Positions 40,101 to 52,169 of a DNA stretch of 64,000 nt are shown piece after piece. A model generated the notes under the pieces. That model searched no databases. It was given only the letters and a program-made list of their open reading frames with translations, and was not told the DNA's origin. Each line of letters starts with the position of its first letter. Within the stretch, counting starts at the first letter, position 1. The stretch comes from Mobula birostris (taxonomy: Eukaryota). The position numbers and the translations under genes were made by a program. The stretch covers positions 39,724,777 through 39,788,776 of the forward strand of contig NC_092390.1 of assembly GCF_030028105.1 (NCBI RefSeq). Reading direction: 5' to 3'.

Positions 40101-42044
40101 CTTTGCTTTCAGTTGGCTTTACTGCAGGGGATGGAGTATGCAAAATGGCAGATGGATCTCTAATCAATTGTGATTGTCCCAGCCAATCACACACCTGCAA
40201 TGCTGGCCTCCTGGTTTTTACCACATTCAAGCAATGTGTTTCACTGTTACAAATATCATTCACACAGGAGTTATTTTTTGTCTGGTATAGTAAGCTCTGA
40301 ATTGGTCATCTGCATGCTTCAGTTTAGAATCTTTGAAATACCATTCAGGCTCATTTAATAGAATGTATGAAACAGCTGAGCCAGTGACCAAGCTTTACTG
40401 GACCATGTGGATTATAATGTGTGAGTCCAGTGTCTGATATCACCATTTCCTTTGTCTTTTGGAAAGCCTCCTCACATTGCTCTGTCCATTGCCATTTCTT
40501 CCCGATCTGTAGTAATGAGTTCAAGGGGATGGAGTACAGTAAGCAGGCTTGGGAGGAACCTGTTATAGTTGTTGCATTTCACTGTTACAAGTGTCAATCC
40601 CACAGGAGTTATATTTTCTCCAGTATAAGTTCTGGTTGGATAACTACAGGCTGCAGTTCAGTACCTTTGAAATGCTGTTCAAATTCATTCTGTGGAATAA
40701 CTGAATCAGCTGAACCAGTGATCAAATCCATTTTATTTAATTTACCTTTCACTTCTGATGTATGCCATATTGCTTTTCTATTGTTAGTTTTCACTTTGTA
40801 AGTCTTAAGGCTACTCAGTCCTGAGTCATTCTCATCATTATCAGATTTTTCATCAACAGTGTGCAGATTAGTGCTCTTCTTGAAACAGCAACTTAATTTT
40901 TAGCTTATTCTCTTCTATGTGTGGTCCTTTTATTTTTGTCTGCCTAATATGCTCTTTGTATGTGTCCTACTTGTTGCATTTTCTGTAAGTTTCAACTTTA
41001 AGTCTGCATTGCTCTGGTGTATAGTACATGAGCACCTGCCACAATAGTTACACAATTTGTTTGGCTGGGCAGGTTTTTGTTTAGATGTGGCAATCAAGAA
41101 TGGTTTCAGCATTAATGTTCCTGCATTACTTTCACAATATCAGCAAAGCTCATTTTGGTTGTGATGCACTATCAATTACTCCAAAAGACTGGAAGTAGAG
41201 TAAATACTGAAAGGCTTTTATTAACAGTAAATGGACCAATGTCCATGCTGAGTATCTGTCCTGGACTGAGGGAGAAGCAGTGACACAATTGCCTTTATTC
41301 AGGGGTCTGTGGGAAGAGCCACAGGAGCAGTCAACAGAGGGGTGTGTCCAGACATGTCCAGACAGGTAACCCAGTTACAACCTATATACGTGGTTTACCA
41401 CAGGTTGGTTTGGCTGGAGCAGTTAAACTTCTTAGCAAATGGTATTCATTAAATCCAATACAATCAGCAAAAACAGTACTTGTTTCTCATTGGCTATTCC
41501 ATTTGCTTTAAAGTACTGCTCAATTCATTCTGTATATATATATATATATTCCAGTTATCTGTTGTGTAATCAAATGTGTCAATCTTTCTGATGTGGCCTG
41601 CCATTTTTCTCTTTTTTTATGATTACACACTCTACTGACAGGTCCGCCAGTACTCACTGTTTATGAACCCGGGAACTCTTCCATTTTCTGCCTTTTTTAA
41701 AAATGTAATTGTCTATCCATTTGTGAAGAAAACATCCTCTGTGCTTCAACAGGCAGGTAGTCATCTCGGGTTCATTTAAAACGTTTTTGTCGCCACTATT
41801 ATGTTTTGTAACTCCAAAGCATAAAAACTAATTGAAAGTAACACAAGGGAGCTGGGAATGTGAGTCTAACTTAGTTTTTTACTTTAAGTGAGGTGCACAA
41901 TTATCAGGTGGTGTTGTGATGATGTATGCAATTTACATACTTTTACAGATATACATAACGCATTATGTAAACAACAAAAATGCTGAATTAAACAATATAT
42001 TCATAACATTAGTCAGATAATACTGATATATTAAATACATAACA
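37111..42044 (-). mobile_element. Degenerate Gypsy LTR retrotransposon (K02A2.6-like gag-pol)
   Basis: Right LTR 41797-42044 with adjacent PBS TGGCGACA. Partial left LTR 37111-37278 with PPT AAGCAGGGAGGAG. Zinc knuckle CNYCGR, protease, RT (SIRICGYFKATINPVLKVDQYP; LIFGVASAPAL), RNase H and integrase (IISDNGPQF; PYRPAINGSVERFAQSLK). Many stops and frameshifts. Confidence 0.92.
41161..41402 (-). mobile_element. Solo LTR nested in the gag of the Gypsy element
   Basis: Minus-strand TGTGGTAAACC...GTGCATCAC(A) with internal AATAAA motifs and GGTT on both flanks. Confidence 0.75.
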
Positions 42045-44629
42045 GAACCAAGGTAGGCTTCATATATTCTTTAAAATTATGCCATCCCTACTATGTTTCA
42101 GATGTGCTGCCTTGGAAAGCTGTGAAACCAGAGCAATGTACTGGACTGAAGCCTTTAATTATAGAGATGAATAATTTCTATTTTTAAGTGATGATATAGA
42201 AGGACATATTTTTCAAGACTTTGCTATCAACAGGGAGCCCCGCCTGCCAGATGTGCATATAAGGAAATCAGAACCATGCTGCACTTTATCATTTGCTTTT
42301 GCATGGTTTGCTCCAGCAACGAGCTGGCACAAACATAATGTGTCAAATGGCTTCCTTCTGTGCTGTCAACTTCTAAACTTCATGGTCCTCTAGCTGGCAG
42401 AAATCCCTGCTGTCACTGTGGATTGGAGATATTATCTCAGCACTAGATGTATTTTGCATGCCTGTACTTCTATTTGTGTACTAATAAGATGATGGGAAAT
42501 ATTTTTTAGATATTTGTTTCAAAAATAATAACTGAGTAGGTGAAGATACAGGAAGGACTAAAGCCTAGAGCTTAAACTGTACAATTGCAAAAGATTTCTA
42601 GAAGTAGGAGGCAGTGTACATCCGCCCCGCTCAAGTTTTTTTTGCATCTGCATGCCCTACATCAGGCCTTTGTTGTTTTTTTTTTGTTTTGGCATTCAGA
42701 TGGGAGTTTGGAAAACCTGTCAGTCCTTACAGACTGGTACATAATGAATGTAGCACAATCATCTAGATTCATAGAATCATAGAGCACTACAGCACAGAAA
42801 GAGCCCCTTCAGACTATCTAGTCCATACTGAACTATTATTCTGCCTAGTCCCAGCAACACACACCTAGACCATAGCCGTCCCATCCACATACTTAACCAA
42901 AGTTCTCTTAAATTTTGAAATCGAATCTGCATGCACCATTTCTGTTCATGTTCCACACTCTCACCAGCCTCTGAGTGAAGTTGCTGCCCCTATGTTCCCC
43001 TTAAACCTTTTTCATCTTTCACCCTTAACCCTTGACCTCTAGTTGTTATCTCACCCAACCTAAGTGGAAAAACCTGCTTGTGTTTACCCTGTCTGTACTC
43101 CTCATAGTCCTGTATCCCAAATATATATGCCATTATTTGCACAAGCTACACTGACAGCACTTCACAAATTGGTGACCCCTATCATCAAGAAGGACAAGAA
43201 TAGCAGGCACAAGGGAACACTGTCACCTGGAAGTTTCCCTCCAAATCACACACTAGTCTATTTTGGAAATAGCTTGCCATTCCTTTATTGTTGTGGGTCT
43301 AAATCCTCAATCTCCCATTTCAAAGAATATAGCTGTTCAAGCAGATGGTTCATCATCACCTTCTCAAGGGCAACTAGGAATTAAAAATAAACATGACTCC
43401 TGTCAGCTTTGGCCATATCTGGTAAATGAATAGAAGAAGGACTTTAAATTTCCAATACATCAGTTCATTTAATGAATATGGTAGTACTTATTTCCTATAC
43501 CAGAGTTTATGTTAAGATTTCAAATAAAAACTTCTATGTTAGTACGATGAACTTACTTATGCAATATAGCACTGGAGAGACACCTTCCCTTCTCTGTTTA
43601 AAACCTGGTTGGGGGAGAAGTACTGCTACATTAATGTCTGAGATGATTACTTTTCATGTTTCTTTGTAATAACGAAGCAATTCTATCTACTTTGTAAATA
43701 TCAGATAAAAATTATTATCGAGTTAACTTTTTCTTGGACATGTGACATTTGTTTATGATTTATCTTCACAAAATTTCCTTATAAAATCAATTTTGCTGTG
43801 GTCCTTGGGGATCTGTGGTGTAGCCCTGAACTTGTTCTAAAATCTTGTTTACAGAAGTCCGGAATAAAGTTACAATACAAAACATGAAGCACACATGTGG
43901 AGGAGAAAGCGATGAAGGTGTGCCGTCTATGTTCAGGAGAGATAAAGAGCACAAAAGGAAATTGTGAAAGGAAAAGAGAGTTTCAGTAATGACAAGTTTG
44001 CATATGTGAAAAGGCATATGTAGGGCAGGAGAAATAACAACAAAGACTTTTATTTCTTTCAGACAAAATGTCAAAAGAGATTAGCTAGTGTGGTCCTGTA
44101 AATAGAAAGTCACTTTAGCCTGCAGAGCCATGGTAATTTGGGCTATATACAGACAAGTAAAGACTAAAAATAAACATCCAATTCTGTTTCCTTCCTGATA
44201 GTGCTTGGGTGACTAAAGTTGAGTTAAGGTACCGCACTGTTCTGCTTGACGTGCAAGAATACTTATTTGGTTTCTTGGCCTGCCATTATTCAGCCTTTCC
44301 TCATGTTAATTATGAACCATCTGAGTATTTTTTTAAATCACCAGCCGCAAAATGTGGATCTTTACTGTGCAATAAGCTGCAACATTACCAAATAATTTCT
44401 TCCAGTTCGAACATAACATAGCCTCATCTTAATTACAATCATGACTTGTGTGCAGAGTGCGGGCTGTTGGACAGGTATCCTTAATGGCCGTTTCTGATTT
44501 AATTCCAGTAACTTTAATTCCAGTAGTCTGTTAGTAACCTCAGTAACTTTTACAGATATTGAAATGCCACTCACTGAAGATCACAAAATTTAAAAAAAAG
44601 TTCTAACAGTTTCCATTTTCTTTCTGTAG

Positions 44630-44804
44630 TGATTCAGTTACACATATTGTAACTGAGAATAACTCCTGGAATGAGATTTGGGACTGGATTCAAACACAGA
44701 AGATGTCAGATGCTAACAAGCTAAATTTACTTAATATCTCCTGGTTTACAGAGAGTATGGGTGCTGGTAAACCTGTAGACATCGAAGAACGCCACAGACT
44801 GCAG
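44630..44804 (+). CDS. DNTT: TdT coding exon 2 (rest of BRCT domain)
   Basis: Acceptor ttccattttctttctgtag, donor CAG|GTAAAT, 175 nt, phase 2 to 0, in frame with exon 1. Encodes (S)DSVTHIVTENNSWNEIWDWIQTQKMSDANKLNLLNISWFTESMGAGKPVDIEERHRLQ, matching recalled TdT SDSVTHIVAENNSGSDVLEWLQ...LLDVSWLIECIRAGKPV. Confidence 0.95.
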
Positions 44805-45631
44805 GTAAATGTAATGCCCCTTTTATAATTGATATATATTATAATGCAGTGTTTCATTATGATGCGATTATGCACTCTGAAATATAGAAGAGTAAAGATA
44901 AATGTTTTGCTTCTTTCAAATACTTGTTACATTGCCCTAATTTAAATAAATTGGCATTTTATTGCATGTTTAATGGAATAGAATTCTGGTAATTTATGGA
45001 AAAGGCAAAACAAACCTGTTGTTCACACTATACAATATGTTTCTATCTATTCTAGATCTACTTTCTACCTTTTGGTCTGTTATTTGCTTGGTTGTGACAT
45101 ACTATTTACTCATCCAATCATTTTTATATTATCTTCCACCCCAGTTCAATTAAAATAATTGCTGAAAAATTACTAATTCTTTTAAAATTAAAAACTCTTC
45201 AATTTTCATGCCGTTGGAAGAATTCCAAAGAAGCTGATAGCAATAAACAGTATATGAAAATAATATTGCACTAGATCAAGCATTGGTATTAAATTGCAAG
45301 GGTTAGACAATTGATGCACTAATGCTTCAATTTATGAAGAATGTTTATTCGTATGGAGGATCCTGCCCTCTTCTGAGAATTTCCTTTCCTTCCAACCATG
45401 TCTTTTAAACATAATTCCACAATTAATCATTTGATGATACCAGCATTGATATTTACCTAACAACTGTCTTAAGAAATGATTCCCGATTCAGTGCAAGTTT
45501 ATATTCAAGGTATTTTCTACTTCACACTTCCTTAACAATGCTGAGATGGAAATCACTTGCTTAATTTTGATTATTGCCCTGTCATGATCTGACATTAGTT
45601 TACAGATTATATGATACGTTGTCCTCTTTCT

Positions 45632-45930
45632 GAGGGCACATGGCCAAGTGGTTAAGGCATTGGACTAGCGACCTGAAGGTCATGAGTTCAAGCTCCAGCC
45701 GAGGCAACGTGTGTTGTGTCCTTGAGCAAGACACTTAATCACACATTGCTCTGCGACGACACTGGTACCAAGCTGTATGGGTCCTAATGCCCTTCCCTTG
45801 GACAACATTGGTGTCGTGGAGAGGGGAGACTTGCAGCTTGGGCAGCTGCTGGTCTTCCATACAACCTTGCCCAGATCTGCGCCCTGGAGAGTGAAGACTT
45901 TCCAGGCGCAGATCCATGGTCTTGCAAGAC
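45632..45930 (+). mobile_element. tRNA-derived SINE with CORE/Meta-like domain
   Basis: GGCCAAGTGGTTAAGGC A box, GAGTTCAAGC B box and TGTGTCCTTGAGCAAGACACTTAA central motif. Confidence 0.85.
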
Positions 45931-48089
45931 AGTATATTTTCATATACTGTCTTTACTTTACTGTCCTCTTTCTTTATTTGTAGAATGTAGTTATTGAACT
46001 TGCCCACATTTTGTCATTGTCATGGTGATAGATCCATGCAGTGAAGAAACCCACAGCCACACTTAGGCCAACCATCATGGTTATCTACTGTAGAGTAATC
46101 ATTGATTTCATATCCTGCTTTATTCATTCCTGTCCAGGTTCCTCTTAAATATCATTCCTGTATCACCACCACCTCTGGCAGGCCATTCAAGATATCAACT
46201 ACTCTTTGTGTGAACAGTTGCCCTCTCAGGTTATCAATGGGCTGAATGGCCTAGTTCTGGCCCTACAGGCATGGCATTGGTAGCTTGCAGAGTGTTAGCT
46301 GTAATATTGGGGTTCAATTCCAGCTGCTGTTTTTAAGGAGTTTCTATTTTCTCCCAACACAATGTGGGTTTCCTCTGGGTGCTCTGGTTTCCTCCTATAT
46401 TGCAAAGATGTACAGGTTACGGTTAGCAGTTGTGGGCATGCTATGTTGGCATTGGAAACATGGTGACACTTGCAGGCTGCCCCCAGCACATCCCAATGCA
46501 AGCAACGCATTTCACTGTATGTTTTGCTGTTTCAATGTACGTGTGACAAATAAAGAAAATCCCTTTGTCTTTATGTCTTATGATTTTATAGTTATGGTCT
46601 GAAACCTTGTACCTCTTATCTTAAACATACTCTCTACTTTTTGATACCTCTACCATAAGAAATAGACTTGAGCTATCTTCCCTATCACTGCTTCTCATAT
46701 TTTTCTAAACCTCTGTCATCTCATTTCTCAGCCTCCTTTGCTCTAGGGAAATAAAATACCTATTCTGTCCAATCCCTCCTTATAACTCAAACCCTCCAAT
46801 CCTGATAACAATACTGTTACTTTTCTTCTGCACCCTCTCTAGCTTAGTGATAGAAGGTTTTGGCAACATTAAAGATTACAACTTGCCTGACAGCAGCATC
46901 CAGCTGGGATTTTATCAGGACACCTTGGTTCCAGACCCTAGTCCAAATATGAACCAAAAGAGCTGGATTATGGGTGTGAGGTGAGAATGATAGCTCATCA
47001 TATCATGGCAGCATTTGACTGAGCATGTTGCCAAGGCACCCAAGAGAACTGAAATCATTGGGCATTTTGGTAAATGCAGGTGTAACCAACCACCAGCACC
47101 ATTGATTCACTTCTTACAACGAATCTAATCCATCCTCTTGAGACTATTAACAAGATTAAGCCTTACTTTGTGACTCCTTTGCGAGTCTATTTTATGTTCA
47201 TTAAATTCTCTTTATAGGATTGTAATTTGTCATCCTTTCTTAACTAAAAGATTCTTAAGAGAAATTCCAATAATAGAAACTTTCATAATGAAACCTCAAT
47301 TTTCGATTTTTCGACAGACTATAGGGTAACCCACACTGGAGTCTAAGTGCATCAGTTTCTTTATTCATTTATGGGCATTGATGTTATTTTGGACAAGCAT
47401 AATATTTTAATCAGTATATTTAAAGCACTTGTGAAGCAAATGATGTGCTATCAATAAATATAACCATATGATGGCACTGTGGAATGGGAAGCATTTAAAG
47501 ACAAAAACTTACAGAAAGACTGGATAAATGTCACCATCTATTTTGTGCAAGAAAATTCAATATAAAATTCATCAAAATGTTTCTGAAATATAAACTGCAG
47601 TGCTTATAATAGTACATAATGTATCATGTAATAGTACCTGCAGAAGAAGATATTTAATCACTTGAGTCTGTATTGGTTCTCCGTAACTGCAATCCAATTA
47701 GCCCCATTCTCCTGCTCTTTCTCTGTCTTTCTGTTGATTTTCTCTTTTAAACTTATATTTAATTTTGGCTTGAAAGCCATCATTAAATTTGCATTAAAAA
47801 GATTTTCCCCATTTTTCCTTTGATTCTTTTGCCAATTATTTTAAATCCATGACCATTAAATCATTAATGACTCATGGGAAACTCAACCAGAAATCCACTG
47901 GCCCATAAACTGGTGCTCACCAGTGTGCTGCTCGTCCATGATTTCTGTGCATTCTCACCTGTGATTTGGAAATGCTAATTGTAGCCTTTTCCATATTCGC
48001 ATGCATTAAGCCCATGTTATTTCATGACTTCCCTGTTTCTCATGTAGATAGCATTGCACATTAGTTCTGCTCTGGAACATTCAACCATG

Positions 48090-48970
48090 ATTCAAATTGA
48101 ATTGACTTTATTTCTTACATCCTTCACATATGTGAGGAGTTAAAATCTTTATGTTACATCTCCATCTTAATGTGCAATGTTCAATTTATAATAAAGTAAG
48201 TAAAGTAAAGGCATCCGTTAGTCTTGCGAGACCATGGATCTGCGACTGGAAAGTCTTCACTCTCCAGGGTGCAGGCCTGGGCCAGGTTGCATGGAAGACC
48301 AGCGGTTGCCCATGCTGCAAGTCTCCCCTCTCCACGACACCAATGTTGTCCAAGGGAAGGGCACTAGGACCCATACAGCCTGGCACCAGTGTCATTGCAG
48401 AGCAACATGTGATTAAGTGCCTTGCTCAAGGACACAACACATGTTGCCTCGGCTGAGGCTCAAACTCAGGACCTTCAGATCGCTAGTCCAGTGCCTTAAC
48501 CACTTGGCCATGTGCCCACTCAATTTATAATAATTTGTAATAAATAGCATGTACAACAGGACAGTCAATATAGCATAGAAATACATTTGTATCAGTGTGA
48601 ATTAATCAGTCTGATGGCCTGGTGGAAGAAGCTATCCCAGAGCCTGTTGGTCCTGGCCTTCATGCTGCGGTACCGTTTTCAGGATGGTAGCAGCTGTATT
48701 AGTTTGTGGTTGGTGTGACTCGGGTCCCCAATGATCCTTTGAGCCCTGTTTATGCACCTGTCTCTGTAAATGTCCTGAACAGTGGGAAGTTCACATCTAC
48801 AGATGCGCTGGACTGTCCACACCACTCTCTGCAGAACCCAGTGATTGAGGGAAGTGCAGTTCCCATACCAGGCAGTGATGCAGCCAGTCAGGATGCTCTC
48901 AAATGTGCCCCTGTAGAAAGTCCTTAGGATTTGGGGGCCTATACCCAACTTCTTCAACCATCTGAGGTGA
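48090..48970 (-). mobile_element. Rex1/Babar-type LINE 3' fragment interrupted by a SINE
   Basis: HFFHLRWLKKLGIGPQILRTFYRGTFESILTGCITAWYGNC peptide and (TTCAA) tail near 48090. Confidence 0.85.
48195..48519 (-). mobile_element. Full-length copy of the same SINE family with long TSD
   Basis: Reverse complement of 45632-45930 plus a (TTAC)-like tail. 14-bp TSD TCAATTTATAATAA (48181-48194 / 48520-48533). Confidence 0.9.
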
Positions 48971-50807
48971 AAGAAGTGCATGGATGGCAAATGGTGGTTT
49001 GAAAATAAAGGAAGACATGCATGCAGCTGGAAGGCTTGTTGAAAGCCTGTATGAGATGCCTACAGGAAATTCACCCCACACACTACAGGAACGTGAAGTC
49101 TGGAACCTTAAGCTAATCTTCCAGCATGGAAACAACTAGTAGCTTACCAAACTGTTCACAGTGCAATGTCCAATACAGAGGTACTCTAGCAAAGGCAAAA
49201 GCTTCCCATCAGTGGAGGACCAACCTCTCTTTTCTCAGACCTAGAATTCTGTCATCATGGATCTGGACTGAATAATTCTGGGAGCTTTAAGACACTGACA
49301 GCACTTGCGTAATACATCTTACAGCAGGCTATGAAGTCCAGGGGAATGTTAATGGTTCTGTGAAGAGTCTGTTCTCCTCTCAGTAAAACAGTATTTAACT
49401 TCCTGCCACTGTGGCCTTGCAATTGCATGTTAGGTATTTAGCGCAGGTTGCTTCCATCCTTACAATGGTGCCACTAAAGGTTTAGCTAATTAACCCATCT
49501 GCCCCTTACAACCATCTGTAATCTCCTTCATTATAATGGAGCCAATGTCTCCCACTGGAGAGCAGAACTTAAGGGTAGTTTGACTGATATGAATGCATGA
49601 AAGACAGGCACTAGGGAAACCCATAAGGGTGAATGGTCAATAATCAAAAAGGTTTTGCTCTTTAGTGTAAGCATGAAATTAGAAGGTGTACATGGTGAAC
49701 AACACCCACAAAATGTTGGAGGAGCTCAGTCGGGCAGGCAGCTTCTATGGAGATAAATCAACAGTTGACATTTTGAGCCAAGACCCTTCATCAGGACTGA
49801 ACAGAAAGTGAAGAAGTCAGGTTTTGATATTCATGATTTTTGCAGTAAGGAACTACAAAAAATAATTACTGACAGAATAGTGGAGCATAGTTGTACGTCA
49901 CAAGGAGGTTTTGGATTTCCCTTCATTCCTGGGTGTTGGACGTTGACTGAAGATCATCATTTGATGCTTGTCTCTCATTGCTACTCAACTTAAAGCAATA
50001 ATAAATGAGAATGCAAATGGAATGAGATAATATATTTTTAGGTAAAAATTTTGAGTGACTTGGAGCCTGCCTTGCCTTAGTGTCTTAAAGGTTGCACAGG
50101 GAAGAAAATAGAGAGCACCGTTCAAAGTTTTCAGGGGCTGCAGACAACTTTTTCAACAGCATTGCCTCTTTCAGTGAACTTACTGTGTCCTGCACTAAGA
50201 ACGCCATAACAAAGGGACACGGGGCAGGAACTAACATGCAAGGAAGGCTAGTTGATTTCCATCAAGTCAGAGGCAAATTAATTCATAAATTTAGTCTGAA
50301 ATATTTATTTTGGGGCAGATTTTGTATTTGCTTTGAAGCCAAGTGGATGGAGTATGGTTAGTGACAGTATGAGGAGAAAGTGTGGACCGGTAACAAATGG
50401 TGACTCAGGCTTGTGGTGACAGGGATCATGAGGAGATAAGTTATACACGGAAAGAAGAAGTTATTGGAGACACCTCTGTCCTTCCTGCTTCTCCTTCTCC
50501 TCCTCCCTAATCTTCAGCTGCTCGCTGTACACAAGTGCAGATGTGGAGGGGAGGAATGTGCCATCATAATGGAAACTTTGTGTCTGGTGAGGGCAAGTGG
50601 CAAGGTTCTGTCTGGGTTCAGCAGACAACAGAATCATGATGATTGTGCTCACACTTCTTGTGGTAGCATGGCTTTCATGTGGCTACACCAAATGGTAGAT
50701 TGCAGGGAGAGCGTCCTTTCTGCGGAAGAGATCTGCCTTTCATTGTACCCTGTTGCTGCTCAGGTAAGAGAACTGTTCCCTGAATTCTCTAGACTGTAGG
50801 TGACTCA

Positions 50808-50946
50808 GAAAATATATGGACACTATGAAGGAACTAACAGATCTCAGTGTGTGAGATATCATTGGCGCCGCATGGGATCGTTCGATGTGGAAAGCCATGA
50901 TCACCCAAGCATGTAACGCGCAAGGCACACGAAGAGAGAAGAGAGA
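50808..50946 (+). mobile_element. RTE-clade LINE extreme 3' end
   Basis: Encodes YMDTMKELTDLSV*DIIGAAWDRSMWKAMITQACNAQGT, has a (GAAGAGA) tail and a 12-bp TSD GTAGGTGACTCA (50796-50807 / 50947-50958). Confidence 0.8.
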
Positions 50947-51524
50947 GTAGGTGACTCACCTTCACTCCTTCTTCATGTTTCCAACAACCTGCCCTACTGT
51001 AGCTATACTCTCCTCATCCTCTCAGTTAATCCGCACTTTCAGAGGAACTTCTACAAATATACCCATGAGAGGAAGCAACAGGTACGTGCAGATGTTTGAA
51101 ATCTGAAACAAGTTTTTCATTAATTATCACATTATCACATCAGCTCCATTTTGTCGTCTGCAACATTAAACACGTGGAACCATAGCAACTGGCAGAAGAA
51201 TTTCTAATACAATACTCGTGCAAATAATAGCTGATCCTTCTTTAAACAGAGCAGCTAGGTGCAGAGTGGAGAGGTTTTGTTCATAGATGGAGATCAATTC
51301 TTCCTGTCCTCAAATGTGTAATTTTGAGAGGTGTTGGTTGGATTCCTGTCCTCTGAAGTGACAGCACATTGTTAGTAGCTCTGCTCCACATCCTAGCTAT
51401 CCGACCCAATGCTGATGTTATCCACTTTGTGTATCAAGTTTGGGATGGACTGAGTGTAGATTCTGCCAGAATATTAAGCTTTGGGTTGGATCTGGTTGCT
51501 TTTGCATTGAAATGGTTCTATACA

Positions 51525-52158
51525 AAATGGTTTGATGCAGCTCGCAGTGGCCACTCCGGTGGTGATATCTGTTATCTGTCAAGTAGGGTGCCGTGCACAA
51601 TCCTGATTTGATGGAGTCGGATGTGAGCGCACGGAGGAACATCTGGTGAAACTTCTGAAATGCCTGCTTCACTGCCGCTGCTACTCTGTGATCCAGAATC
51701 TCCGGAGGGGAAGGCCCTGAGTCCTCGGCTTTGCTTGTTGCTTGGCGGCCGGCGCGGGGTCGAAGCGCTCGGCAGAGGGTGGTGCTCGGTGCTCGGTGTT
51801 GGAGGGCTGGTCAGAGGCTCGAAGTTTTCGGACGGACTCAGAGTCCGCTATGGTCAGGTGCTTCCAGGATGCTGCATCGGCAAGTTTGTGGCGCTTGGAG
51901 GTTCATGGCAGGGAGAGTTTCTCTCTTCTACCGTCTGCGTGAGTTGATGGGGCTATTGGGACTTGAGACTTTTTTTTTACCATGCCCATGGCCTGCTCTT
52001 TATCAAATTATAGTATTACTTTGCACTGTTGTAACTATATATTATAATTATGTGGTTTTGTCAGTTTTAGTCTTGGTTTGTCCTGTGTTTCTTGTGTTAT
52101 CATTCTGGAGGAACATTGTATCATTTTTTAATGCATGCATTTCTAAATGACAATAAAC
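51525..52158 (+). mobile_element. Unclassified GC-rich non-coding retroposon-like element
   Basis: CpG-rich 5' half and a T-rich LINE-like 3' end ...TGACAATAAAC followed by the stem-loop GAGGAC-TGAGT-GTCCTC. No recognisable ORF or tRNA boxes. Confidence 0.5.
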
Positions 52159-52169
52159 GAGGACTGAGT

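Noticed and set aside
26880-44804. DNA polymerase mu (POLM) as the alternative identity
   Set aside because: The end of exon 2 resembles both paralogues, but KFQDLLIFIVERKMG, FLMDLARKKGFRV and SDSVTHIV.ENNS are TdT-type.
50464-50799. ORF with an apparent signal peptide (LSFLLLLLLLP)
   Set aside because: The Leu run is the translation of a CT-rich polypyrimidine tract and the start codon is TTG. No family resemblance.
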